A stretch of 64,000 bases of DNA from the IMG/VR virus record IMGVR_UViG_3300042691_029560, positions 28,714 through 92,713 of that record; one strand, given 5' to 3'. Under the pieces are notes generated by a model that did not search any database, was not told where the DNA came from, and saw only the letters and a program-made list of their open reading frames with translations. A program made the translations under genes and the position numbers. Below, piece after piece: positions 51,591 through 61,607 of this stretch. The stretch comes from a virus. Numbering within the stretch: position 1 is the stretch's first letter; every line of letters starts with the position of its first letter.

Positions 51591-53441
51591 TTAGAACGAG
51601 TTTCTCTCGCCCATCTTCGATAGAACTTCGGAAGCGGTTTGTCCGATAATCTTACTTGCTTCGACAACATTGTTAGAAACTGAAATCAGTTTGGCATCAG
51701 TATTCTTCACGATGAAACTAGCACCCGCAACGGAGTTGTCGTAGCCAATCCATAGAACAGCCACGCCATTACGCTTACACTCGTCTAGCCACTCTTTCGC
51801 TTTACGACTTTCAGGGTTAGTGAAGTTTCCATCCGATACAACGACAAGCAATCTCGCCCCTGTTCCGTAAAGTAAGTTGGACATACCATCTACCGCTTGG
51901 AACGCAGTATCGAATTGCTCTGTCCAATCACTAGCCGAATACACTTCGACTTCTTCTAGGTGTTGTCCGACAGATAGAGCAGGGAATACATCAGCACCGA
52001 AATAGACCATAGCGGTTCTCGCCTGAACTCGCCTACCCGCTTCGGATAGAACCCAAGCGGTAGTTGCCATAGGGTTCATGGCAGAACCCATAGAACCCGA
52101 GATGTCCACCATCACGCCAATAGTCAGCGTAGGCTCGTCAGTTTGTTTTCTAGTCTTGGTTTTCCATAACTCGATTGGAGTGTGGATGCCCTTTGATTTT
52201 AGAGCCTTGCTCTGAACTAAGGCACGACTTCTAAGTTTGCCAGCAGGAACGACTTGGTTATGAACGACAACATCTCTCTCACGATACTTCGCCTTTTCGA
52301 GCAACTTGGCAACGAGAACCGCAGACGACCTTTCCAACGAAGTTGGTTTTCTTCTCTCGACTAATCGAGAGTTAGTGTTGCCACTTGGTTCACCATCACG
52401 CTTTTTGTTTTCGAGAATACGCTTGGCGATTTTCTTGTTTGTTTCTCTTTGTTTCGCCTGTTTCGCACTCGACCTAACTTCATCCGCCCAATTCTCGGAT
52501 AACTGTTGCTCGTCAATTTCAGTTTGACCAGATAGAGAAGTGTTGTCGGCATCTTCATTTAGAGCATCAACAAGTTTTTTGATTTTGCCCTTGCCACTTT
52601 TGCCACGACCTTTTCCAGCTTCGCCATCTTCGCCATCTTCGCCATCTTCACTACCGCCACTTGGATAATGGCATCCACCATCGGGTTCTTGTCCAGCATC
52701 TTCGGAAAGTTTCTTCACGATACTTTCCCATCTTCTAGCCAACTCGTAAAGTGGTTCAGCGTTAGCGTGGTCAGCGTGGTTCTGAAACTCGATCCAGACT
52801 TCACGAAGTTCTGCCAACCCATCAGCACCAATCAGTTCCATCAGAACTGAATTGACCGCAACTACATCTTCGGGTTCGAGAACGCCAGCATCAACTCTCG
52901 CAAGTGTTAGACCAGCCAAGTAAGCACCAGCACGAACTAGCCCCATGTTTTCGAGTGCCTTATCAAGTTCGGCAAGCACGACTTCGAGAACAGAAACTCG
53001 CAGAAACGCTTTCTTATTTGGTTGAGCAATAACTCCCCACTTCTCAATTCTCGTTTCTTCGAGCAGGTGTAGCGCACCGAACTCGTTTTCATTGAGAACC
53101 TTGCTCGCATCTTCGAGTGAGTAGAGAGAGAACTTGGCGTGGCAACTTTCGTGATAGAGAGTTCCGAACCCCCTAGCGTTATCGTATTGGACATCTCTAC
53201 TTCTGATGTCGCCAAGATTTTCAGGGGTAGTTCCATAACCGAAAGATTTTGGAATACATACTTCGACTTCCGAAGTATTAGGGTTGTATCGAGCAGGATT
53301 AGGTTGTTCAGTATCGGCAACGAGAATAACTAGGTCGTTTCTATCCGACCACTCATTTACCAACTGTCCTAAGTCAGCACCTACTTTGAGCCACTCTTTC
53401 GGAGTGGTTGTTTTGATTTCTTCATTTGAGAAGTGAGCCAT
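51591..53441 (-). CDS. vWA protein with N-terminal HExxH metallopeptidase-like domain (CobT-like MoxR partner)
   Basis: YHESCHAKF..LEETRIE; MIDAS VDISGSMG; VVSDG. Confidence 0.85.
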   Translation of the reverse strand: MAHFSNEEIKTTTPKEWLKVGADLGQLVNEWSDRNDLVILVADTEQPNPARYNPNTSEVEVCIPKSFGYGTTPENLGDIRSRDVQYDNARGFGTLYHESCHAKFSLYSLEDASKVLNENEFGALHLLEETRIEKWGVIAQPNKKAFLRVSVLEVVLAELDKALENMGLVRAGAYLAGLTLARVDAGVLEPEDVVAVNSVLMELIGADGLAELREVWIEFQNHADHANAEPLYELARRWESIVKKLSEDAGQEPDGGCHYPSGGSEDGEDGEDGEAGKGRGKSGKGKIKKLVDALNEDADNTSLSGQTEIDEQQLSENWADEVRSSAKQAKQRETNKKIAKRILENKKRDGEPSGNTNSRLVERRKPTSLERSSAVLVAKLLEKAKYRERDVVVHNQVVPAGKLRSRALVQSKALKSKGIHTPIELWKTKTRKQTDEPTLTIGVMVDISGSMGSAMNPMATTAWVLSEAGRRVQARTAMVYFGADVFPALSVGQHLEEVEVYSASDWTEQFDTAFQAVDGMSNLLYGTGARLLVVVSDGNFTNPESRKAKEWLDECKRNGVAVLWIGYDNSVAGASFIVKNTDAKLISVSNNVVEASKIIGQTASEVLSKMGERNSF

Positions 53442-53570
53442 GATTTTTCCTTTCGTTAGGCTACTAGAAGTTTATAGATAGTTCTAAGTTTCCGCAAGTC
53501 CACCAGATCGACAACCGAGCTAATTTTCACTAGCTCGATTGCCGACTTGGTTTTCTAGGGATAGGACAAC

Positions 53571-54596
53571 CTAGATTTTGGCAGGGCGACAATCTTTTCC
53601 GAACACTCGGGTAAAGACATCAGCCACGATTGGTCTGTCCATTTCAGGCGAGCAAGCGAGCAAGTTGGCGATTGCCCAATCAGTTCCATAAGACTTCTCA
53701 ATCTCTCGGAACGCAAGCAACTCTCGGAATTGTGGCGACCAAGAAGTTTCACCTGAAAGTTGTTTCTTGGCGAGATTTTGACTTGCTGTAATTGCCAAGC
53801 GTGGAACGCCCAACTTTTTAGCAAGTTCCCAATCAGTAGTCATTTCGACTTGTAGCAAGCAACGAGATAACAAGGCTTCTGAAAGACGAACTCCGGGAGC
53901 ATTAGGGTTGGTAGCACCAACGACATAGAACCCATCTTTCGCCTTTACAGTTCCCCTTTCGGGATTTTGAGTGATGGTGATTTCTTTACGACCATCCATC
54001 AACCCATAGAGAGCAGATAGAACTTTTGGATCGATTAGTCCAATCTCGTCAATGAGAAGAACTTTCCCTTGCTCGGCAGATTTTACTAACGCACCATCCA
54101 CCCACTCGAAATCGCCACTTGGAGTTTGGACATAGCCACCAATGAAATCCGAAAGTTCAGTATCGCCTGAACCGAGAATTGTATAAAGTTCATCCCCGAA
54201 ACTTGCTTCGACCAATGCTGTCTTTCCGCAACCCGGGCTTCCATAGAGCAACGCATAGTGTCCAAGTTTTCTACCAAGTCGTAGCACTTCGACATCAGGC
54301 ATACCTGACCATTGACGAGAGTAGTAGAAATCACCATTAGGTCTTTCATACTTTTCTAATCCATCTACCATAGGGGCATCCACGACACGAACTTTCTTTG
54401 GAGTTTTAGGGGTAGCACTTCTCTTGGTGAGAGAACTTGATTTGTTAGACCACTTATCGAGAACCGCTTTTGTTTCACTTGATAATGATACTTGCTGTTT
54501 GGCATAAGCGAGTAGAGCAGTTGGAAGTCCAACTTCGAGTGATGAAAGTTTTGATAAATCTTCCATAGTTGTTGTTGATACTTTGTATGTTGGCAT
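53571..54596 (-). CDS. MoxR-family AAA+ ATPase
   Basis: GSPGCGKT, WVDGAL, LLIDEIG, GATNP, SEALLSR. Confidence 0.9.
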   Translation of the reverse strand: MPTYKVSTTTMEDLSKLSSLEVGLPTALLAYAKQQVSLSSETKAVLDKWSNKSSSLTKRSATPKTPKKVRVVDAPMVDGLEKYERPNGDFYYSRQWSGMPDVEVLRLGRKLGHYALLYGSPGCGKTALVEASFGDELYTILGSGDTELSDFIGGYVQTPSGDFEWVDGALVKSAEQGKVLLIDEIGLIDPKVLSALYGLMDGRKEITITQNPERGTVKAKDGFYVVGATNPNAPGVRLSEALLSRCLLQVEMTTDWELAKKLGVPRLAITASQNLAKKQLSGETSWSPQFRELLAFREIEKSYGTDWAIANLLACSPEMDRPIVADVFTRVFGKDCRPAKI

Positions 54597-54620
54597 TTTG
54601 ATTTGTCCTATCTTTTCTAA

Positions 54621-55106
54621 TTACGCCACGAATAATTCATCAGGGAAGCCAGCTTCTTTTCGAGTTCTAAGAACTCTACGAATTAGCCCCTGTGGAGTGT
54701 TGTATTTGCTAATGTCCATAGCATCTTGGAGTGATACTTCGAGAGTGATAACTTTGCCATCTCTAATCTTCCAATCTCTCTCAATCATGTAAGCAAGTTG
54801 AGTTTGGATCGGGGCGAGAACTTCTGATGCTAATTGCTGTTTTACATCAGAAGATAGTGTCGTATCGAACTCGTGATTAGTTCCGACAAGTTTGGTATCA
54901 GCCACACTTGTCGAAATGTGGTTCATCTGCCATTGCGCTCTTGGCGACCAATTATTTACAGTTCGCCTAAGCATGGTGTTAGGAACTCTCTTACCATCCA
55001 CGATTGCTGATGGAGTGAGAAGAACCTGTGCTGTTTCTTTTCCATTAGTAGATACGAACTCTAAATAGAGAGCCTGACCTACTAACTGACTTTGTGTTTC
55101 TTCCAT
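54621..55106 (-). CDS. Hypothetical protein, first gene of the MoxR-vWA operon
   Basis: GAAAGG RBS and upstream TTGACT promoter-like element. Confidence 0.7.
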   Translation of the reverse strand: MEETQSQLVGQALYLEFVSTNGKETAQVLLTPSAIVDGKRVPNTMLRRTVNNWSPRAQWQMNHISTSVADTKLVGTNHEFDTTLSSDVKQQLASEVLAPIQTQLAYMIERDWKIRDGKVITLEVSLQDAMDISKYNTPQGLIRRVLRTRKEAGFPDELFVA

Positions 55107-55239
55107 TGGATAACCTTTCGTTGTAAGTTGGAAGTTGTTATTACCTAATCAACCTTAGCGATTTTTCGTTGGAAGTCAAGTTAGATTTATATAATTCTCA
55201 AATATTTTTTCCGGATCTTCTGTTGGCCTAGATCGATAA

Positions 55240-55581
55240 ATGAACTACTATAGAACTATGTGTTACGCGTGCAGTGATTATGTATATGAAGAAGCTTGTC
55301 CTGATGAGTTTCCGGGATGTCAAGGTGAATGCAGTGGCTTTAGCTGTATGGATTGCTCCGGAAATACTTTGCATCTGAACGAGTTCTATATGGTCCACGA
55401 CCACGTGTGGGATTCAGTAATCTCCAAGGCCGAAACAAGGGGAATGATTTGTATTGGTTGCCTTGAGCTTCGACTAGGTCGTCTATTGAATGCAGCAGAC
55501 TTTACTGATGCCCCAGTCAACAGTGGGTTCGTTGAGCGATCCCCCAGGCTAATCGACAGAATGACGAGCGAAGATAACTAG
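55240..55581 (+). CDS. Cys-rich hypothetical phage protein
   Basis: EFYMVHDHVW..ICIGCLELRLGR..DF. Confidence 0.65.
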   Translation: MNYYRTMCYACSDYVYEEACPDEFPGCQGECSGFSCMDCSGNTLHLNEFYMVHDHVWDSVISKAETRGMICIGCLELRLGRLLNAADFTDAPVNSGFVERSPRLIDRMTSEDN

Positions 55582-57417
55582 TCTTCCACCGGGATTACGA
55601 TTGGGAATCCTTCCCAAACCACTTCGTGCTCTTCGTCGTCCTTAGGGTACCCAATGAAATCGTCTCCAATGAGATCTGGGTCTGCATCAATCTCAATCAT
55701 GACTTCGTCAGGGTCTGCACTCTCTGATTCGTAGAGTCCATCCAACTCAATGTTTGTTGCTACCCCATCAATAGTGACGTCCCAGTAAACGCGATACTTA
55801 TATTTCTTCATAGAGCCAGTTTACTGTTGCAGGCATCGGAAGTCAAGAGGATCTCCTGGCGGCCGGAAACTTCTCACCAGCTCGTTAAAAGTTATGAAGG
55901 CGATCCGGATCTGAGCTCATCAGCTCAGCTGTTATTTCTTCGTTAAAAGTTTCCTGGATCTATCACGGGCAGCGCACAGTCGCTACATATGAAGTACTCG
56001 AGGTCCTCCCCGTCTACGTCTCCCAACACCAGGACACACGGTATGAAGTCTTCCTCGTGATAAGCTACGGCTTCTTTACAGTTCTCACAGAACTCATCGG
56101 ATCTGAATATGACCAGTCCGGTATCCTCTGCTAGGTTAGCATCGGTTTCATCGTTAATAATGTGCAGCTCTACTTGTTGCATTTAGTACCTCCAATAAGA
56201 TACTAATACACCCAGCGGTTAGGCTATTTGGACGTGTGCTATACACTCGCCGCTCGATGCTCGCCGTACACTGCAGCGCGTAACTTCTAACGTAGTTTGT
56301 TAGAAGCTACCATCCTCTTCACGGTACTGATCCGCTCGCCAGACAGACGGTGAATGGTTCTCCTCGACGTCCCGTTTCATAGACTCATCCTCGTACATAC
56401 GTACAACGTGATAACAAGGGTCCTCGCCGTTATCGTAGGCTTCGTCTTCCTGAGCTGACGTTGGCAGGCCGTCATGCGGTACACATACCGGTGGTCCTAC
56501 CCAACCTTCACGCAGGCCGATCTTCATCCAGACGTCAAAAGTGATTTCGTTAAAAGTGGTGTCATTCATGAGCTCATCCTAACATGCCTCGCCGTCAAAG
56601 TCAACTTACAACCTTGCACAGCGTTTCGTGAATTGTGCAAGCTCTGCTAGCTCGCCGTTATGTTTAATCCGACCGTAAAACCTTCCCGCGGATTGGGTGA
56701 AAATAGTCTTCTCATCAAAGATGATCCCGATCTCGTAAAGCAGTGCTTCAACTTCTGACGAAGACAGTGATGAGAATCCCAGTCCCATGTAGATCGATTT
56801 GTAGTGGGAGTCCCGTTTGTAGACTTCAAGCACATATTCGACTGGCCGTGCTTCAGGCCGCTTTCGAATCATAATCTCTTTATGTGCTTTCATACCACGC
56901 TGTGCAATGGTGAGTGCTGATTGCATTAGTCGTCCTCCTCATCGATCTCACGTAGAACCTTGAATCCTACATACTCGAGGATGGTTGTTTTTGCCAGCTC
57001 GTACTGCTCCTGGTTGTCAAAGTAGAAACCAATCCTGTGGTCAACGTCAAAGTTCTCATCAAACACTGCGATGCCATCTCCAATGGCAACTAGAATTTCA
57101 TGCTCTTCATACATTGGGTGGGCGGGGTCTTCATACTCTGTAATCATGACGTCGACGTATGTGAGTCGATTGTCAGGGTCGAGCGTGTAATCGTAATCGT
57201 AATTTGTCATTCGTTGTCTCCTTCAAACTCGACGTTATCATAAGTGCCCTCTTCTTTGCAAGGTTCGCAAATCCAGATGGTGGTGCCATCGATCCCTGGT
57301 GCTCCATAACTGGCAGTCATTTCATGACAGTTGTCGCAGACGTACTCGTCTTTGGGCTGAATCATAATTCTCCTAACTTAGGTGTAGTTGAATAATAACT
57401 CCGGCCCTACAGGTTTG

Positions 57418-58218
57418 TCAAGTCAAAACAGAAAAAAGTTTTGTTTTCGCAGAAAGTGCTAGCAAGCTGTTTTGATCGGGGAGACCAGTTGCATCGTCTC
57501 CAACATAACCAATCTTTCGTTGGAAGTTTGCGAAGGCGCTACGCGTCTGAGCGTCGTAAGTTCCTCTCTTCGCATTCCGGAGTCCGACTTCTTGAGCCAA
57601 GGCCAGCTGGATGAGCTCGACGTCCCGGCAAGGTTTTAACGAAAGAACTCGTGATAAGTTTACCGGAGGCTGCCGGATCTCCCCCTCCGGATCTTTCAAC
57701 CGGTTTCGTGAAAAGTCTGGACGTCCAAAGCCCAGCACATCCGTCAGGTACCTGGTGCGTTCAAAGATTCCGTTACGGTCCTGAGGTCCCTTCAGCAGTC
57801 CAGTGTCAACGTTAGCTTCGATCGTTTTAAAGCTTCCGTTAAAAGTTACACCCGTCACGTCTGTGACGATCCCCACATGTGGCATCTCGAAATGGGCACC
57901 CGTTGAGAAGTTAAAGAAGACGACGTCTCCTGGTTTGGGATTCACGTAAAGTCGACCCGTTCGTAAAAAGTTTGCTGCAGCAGCTGGGGTATACACGCAA
58001 CTGGGAATATCGACGTCGGTTACCTTCGCTACGTAATCAATAAACGATCCAGACCAAGGCTGGCCGCTATACCCGCTACGCTCGCCGTAGTACGATACAC
58101 GTCCAGCTTGGCTTCTATAACCCAGATGGCTCGCCGCCTCCTCCAGGAATGCACGTAACTTTTCACGACGTCCGTTAGATCCAGATCCAGATCCAGATCT
58201 TCCTCGCCGGCTAAACAT
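57418..58218 (-). CDS. CHAP-like amidase domain plus C-terminal peptidoglycan-binding domain; catalytic Cys appears to be Ser
   Basis: PWSGSFI, PKPGDVVFF, PHVGIV, TIEAN; GTYDAQTRSAFANFQRKIG. Confidence 0.75.
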   Translation of the reverse strand: MFSRRGRSGSGSGSNGRREKLRAFLEEAASHLGYRSQAGRVSYYGERSGYSGQPWSGSFIDYVAKVTDVDIPSCVYTPAAAANFLRTGRLYVNPKPGDVVFFNFSTGAHFEMPHVGIVTDVTGVTFNGSFKTIEANVDTGLLKGPQDRNGIFERTRYLTDVLGFGRPDFSRNRLKDPEGEIRQPPVNLSRVLSLKPCRDVELIQLALAQEVGLRNAKRGTYDAQTRSAFANFQRKIGYVGDDATGLPDQNSLLALSAKTKLFSVLT

Positions 58219-58379
58219 TTACTGCTCCGTTAAAAGTTTCTCCAGGTAGCTCACCAGGTGCTGAGCTTCGTTGGCTCGAGTCGTCATGCGTATGTGATCG
58301 ACGCGGTTTGCTGCCTGGCGAATGTCTTCTTCCAGACGTTGGGCATGTTCCCTGGCCGCTTCTAAAATTTGTTCCACGG

Positions 58380-59363
58380 TCACTCCTTGACCTCGTTTGT
58401 ATTGTTGTCATTCTCTTCGCTTTCTACGATCTCTGCATCTACTATATCATCTCGAACGTCCGTTTCAACCTCTACAGTGACACCCGTTGCTGCAAGGCTG
58501 GCCGCGTTTGACATGGCGTTGACGGCTAGCCGGTTCAGACGTTCAGCAATGATACTAGCAGCTGGACGTACGTCTAGGTTAACGTTCGCATCTAACTCTA
58601 CACCACCACGCACGCCTGCGCGATCCAGAATCTCAGTGGCGGCTTTTAATTTTACCGGCTCAGATTCTGCGTTCGACATCATGTCTTCGAGAACGTCGAC
58701 GGCGTAGGGAGCTGCCTGGGTTAACTTTGCACGAGCTCGTTCGATGTCATCTCCCGGACGTCTCTTCAAACTTCCTAGGTGGATCCGACACAGGCCGTCA
58801 TCAGTCAGACGTCCAGAAGACCAAAGTTGGCAGCGGATCCCGTCGTCTTTGATTGCGTTGCATCTGTGAGGGAGGGCGGCTGGCTTACGTTTAGAACTTT
58901 TAACGGGTTCCGTTTGTTCTTTGATCCAGGATCTGGTAGCACCGATGACCCAAGGCGGTACGAGGTAGTCGGTTGATTCTTCTGCGATGAGATCGTATCC
59001 GATGAGGTAGTCGGAGTTCTTATTTGATGGGTCCGTTAAAAGTGGTTTCTTTTCTGCAAGGCTCAACACTCGACGTTCGGTTAACATCTCGGAGCTGATG
59101 GCTTGGATCAATCCGGTTGGGACTCCGTTAGTGGCGTAGACAGGAGCCCAGTTTAGTTTCGATCGACGTAAGATGGCACGGTTCTCATACGTATCTTCAC
59201 AAACACCACGGTCAGACTCTTGGATACCTAGCAGGGACAGATCTGGACGTAGGTTAATCGGTTCATCAATACGAACGTCGGGCTTCTCTATTTCGGGGGC
59301 GGAAAATGGGTTCGTATCCTCGCCGCTATCCTCGCCGGGGTCGACGTTTGTTGGGTCTGTCAT
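58380..59363 (-). CDS. Candidate terminase small subunit
   Basis: RCNAIKDDGIRC..CRIHLG (HGGxSTG-like Zn motif) then VKLKAATEILDRAG and an IVDAEIV tail. Confidence 0.5.
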   Translation of the reverse strand: MTDPTNVDPGEDSGEDTNPFSAPEIEKPDVRIDEPINLRPDLSLLGIQESDRGVCEDTYENRAILRRSKLNWAPVYATNGVPTGLIQAISSEMLTERRVLSLAEKKPLLTDPSNKNSDYLIGYDLIAEESTDYLVPPWVIGATRSWIKEQTEPVKSSKRKPAALPHRCNAIKDDGIRCQLWSSGRLTDDGLCRIHLGSLKRRPGDDIERARAKLTQAAPYAVDVLEDMMSNAESEPVKLKAATEILDRAGVRGGVELDANVNLDVRPAASIIAERLNRLAVNAMSNAASLAATGVTVEVETDVRDDIVDAEIVESEENDNNTNEVKE

Positions 59364-59601
59364 ATGGACGTCCGTTCTAAGACTGGCCGCACCGCGGGGA
59401 GAGACATGGTGCGACCAGCCGATTTTTGCGTAAGGTGCTACGCGGTAAGGGGTCTCTTCCCGACGTCACCAATTTGCATTTTCGGTGACGGTACTAGTAT
59501 GGTGGAAAAGTTTTTTGGGTGAGTTGAGGGTGACGCGCACCTTCCGTTTACAAACAACGGAAAAGCCCCCATAAAATCAAGGATCTTACAGGGGCTGGCC
59601 G

Positions 59602-59886
59602 TTATTTAAAATTGATCGGAGGCGGTCCATCTAACTTGATAAAGTTACCGTTTTTATCTCTCGGTTGTTTATCCCAATTGAGGTTGTATAGCTTGGACTT
59701 CCGTTCAACACCTTTTGCTAATTCTCGTAGAACTTCATTTAGATCGACGTGATAGTAGCGAGAACCCGGTTTAATTGGATGACGTTTTACGTATCCTCGC
59801 CGGATCATGTATCCAATCATGCTGATTGAAACATTTGAGTAGTAAGCAGCAGTTTTTGAGTTAACTAGTTTTACTTCTTCTTGCAT
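59602..59886 (-). CDS. Excisionase/MerR-like HTH protein
   Basis: LVNSKTAAYYSNVSISMIGYMIRRG..YHVDLNEV. Confidence 0.55.
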   Translation of the reverse strand: MQEEVKLVNSKTAAYYSNVSISMIGYMIRRGYVKRHPIKPGSRYYHVDLNEVLRELAKGVERKSKLYNLNWDKQPRDKNGNFIKLDGPPPINFK

Positions 59887-60112
59887 TTACAATTACCCCC
59901 ACCACAGCATCCGCTGTCTGGTTTTTCTGCATCAAGAAAAATCCACCTACCCTTTGCATCCCTGGCCGGTTTATCGAGAAGGGATTGAATCTTTTGGGCT
60001 TCAAATCTAGCAAGTGCTTTATCTAGTTCTGCCCAAGCAGCATCTACATTTTTTCTTCTCCTGCGTTCAGCCCAGTTGCGTCCAAAGATCTTACGAAAGA
60101 ACTTCTTCATGA

Positions 60113-60391
60113 CTACTTGCTGTTCTTCTTAGGAGCTGGCTTCTTAGGAGCTGGCTTCTTAGCGGTTGGAGCAGTTGGCTTCTTAGCTACTGGCTTCTTC
60201 GCTGTTGAGGTTGCTGGCTTCTTTTTCGGAGTTGCCTTCTGAACCTTCGGTAGTTCCACCTTCTTGGTGGTCTCCTTCAGAGTTGAGAAGTCCGTTTTCT
60301 GAATCAGATCCTTCACCTGTTCCGGGCTCAGAATTGTTACTTGGTTCTCCTTCGAGAACGCCTTCTTGATTTGATTGAATAGATTTTTCAT
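60113..60391 (-). CDS. Lys/Pro/Ala-rich histone-like protein
   Basis: AKKP repeats; ATG 60391 after GAAAAAGG. Confidence 0.65.
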   Translation of the reverse strand: MKNLFNQIKKAFSKENQVTILSPEQVKDLIQKTDFSTLKETTKKVELPKVQKATPKKKPATSTAKKPVAKKPTAPTAKKPAPKKPAPKKNSK

Positions 60392-60544
60392 TACCTTTTT
60401 CTTTCTCTTGTTTATTACAAGTTTTGCAATAGCAGTACCACACACTGTCGTACCACTTAATTTCTGGTCTACACAATTCGTGCGTGTTGGTATAGCAATA
60501 CCCACATACTCGAGTTGTGTCTGTTTCCTTTTCTTTTGCCACAG

Positions 60545-61216
60545 CTACCTAACTACATAAATAGTCTCTTTGTGGTGCTTGACTTTTACCGTTGGGTCGG
60601 CCCAAACAGTAAATCCGTTTCTCCTGGCATTCATGCACCAAGAATAATCTTCTCCTACATTGCACTCAAAGTCAAGTTGATCCCACTTAACTCCTTGAAT
60701 CCTGAACCATGGTCTGTCGCACTTCTCGAAAACACCGGACTTAATGGCAATAAATCCAAACCCTAGACCGAACACTTCTACTGGATCATCCTTCATAAAG
60801 AACGACAGCTCGTTGGTTAGAGTCGGTCTACCCTTGTCATCAAAAAATGCACAGGCTAATGTACCCATTGGATCTGTTCTGTACAATCCGCCAACAATAT
60901 CTAAATCTGATTTGAGCAGCTTCTCAAACTCAGCAATATCCCATGAGATATCTGAATCAATCCAAAAGATCTTGTCGTAAGTATATTTACCTGCACCAAC
61001 TTCTCTGGTGACCCAATCGTTTTCCCATTGGTCAAGTGCGGTAATTTCTCTTGCACTTGGAATGAACGAAGAATACTTATTCAACCACTTGTATGTGTAT
61101 CCGTTCTCGGTTAACCAATTGATCGTATCTAGCAGACTTCGCACATACTCAGGGTTTAGTGAACTACCTGGAGTAGCAATTAAAACGTTATAGTGCTTCT
61201 TCTGGCTTGCAGACAC
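60545..61216 (-). CDS. Glycosyltransferase family 2-like protein
   Basis: VLIATP, FWIDSDI (DxD), GFGFIAIKSGVFE, GEDYSWC. Confidence 0.8.
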   Translation of the reverse strand: MSASQKKHYNVLIATPGSSLNPEYVRSLLDTINWLTENGYTYKWLNKYSSFIPSAREITALDQWENDWVTREVGAGKYTYDKIFWIDSDISWDIAEFEKLLKSDLDIVGGLYRTDPMGTLACAFFDDKGRPTLTNELSFFMKDDPVEVFGLGFGFIAIKSGVFEKCDRPWFRIQGVKWDQLDFECNVGEDYSWCMNARRNGFTVWADPTVKVKHHKETIYVVR

Positions 61217-61607
61217 TTAACCATCCTTCAACTAGTGATTGAAATTGTGGAACCGTTAGATTTGATAGTACTGCCACATCTTCTGGATTTACAAGCAGAT
61301 AGTAGAACAGCTCGTATGTATCAACAAGCTTCTTACTTTCATCTGCCTTTTCTAGAGCGATTGCGGCTAGAACTGAAATGCTATCTAGGTGGCTCAAGTT
61401 TAGTGACTTTTCTGGAGCATACTCCACGGTCACATATTTTCTTTCGTCAGACATTGAACATTCTTTCTTTTACAGCCCGGACATCTTTACCAATTGATCC
61501 TAGCTTATAAAACAAGATAAAGGCGAACATCAACACGGCCCCTACAATCATTAGGAAAAGCACGATTTTGATTGGCCAAACGAAAAAGATATTGAAAAAG
61601 GTTTTCA

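Noticed and set aside
28900-55200. Integron cassette array
   Set aside because: No integrase in the window, no attC-like GTTRRRY structure recognised, and cassettes carry their own promoters.
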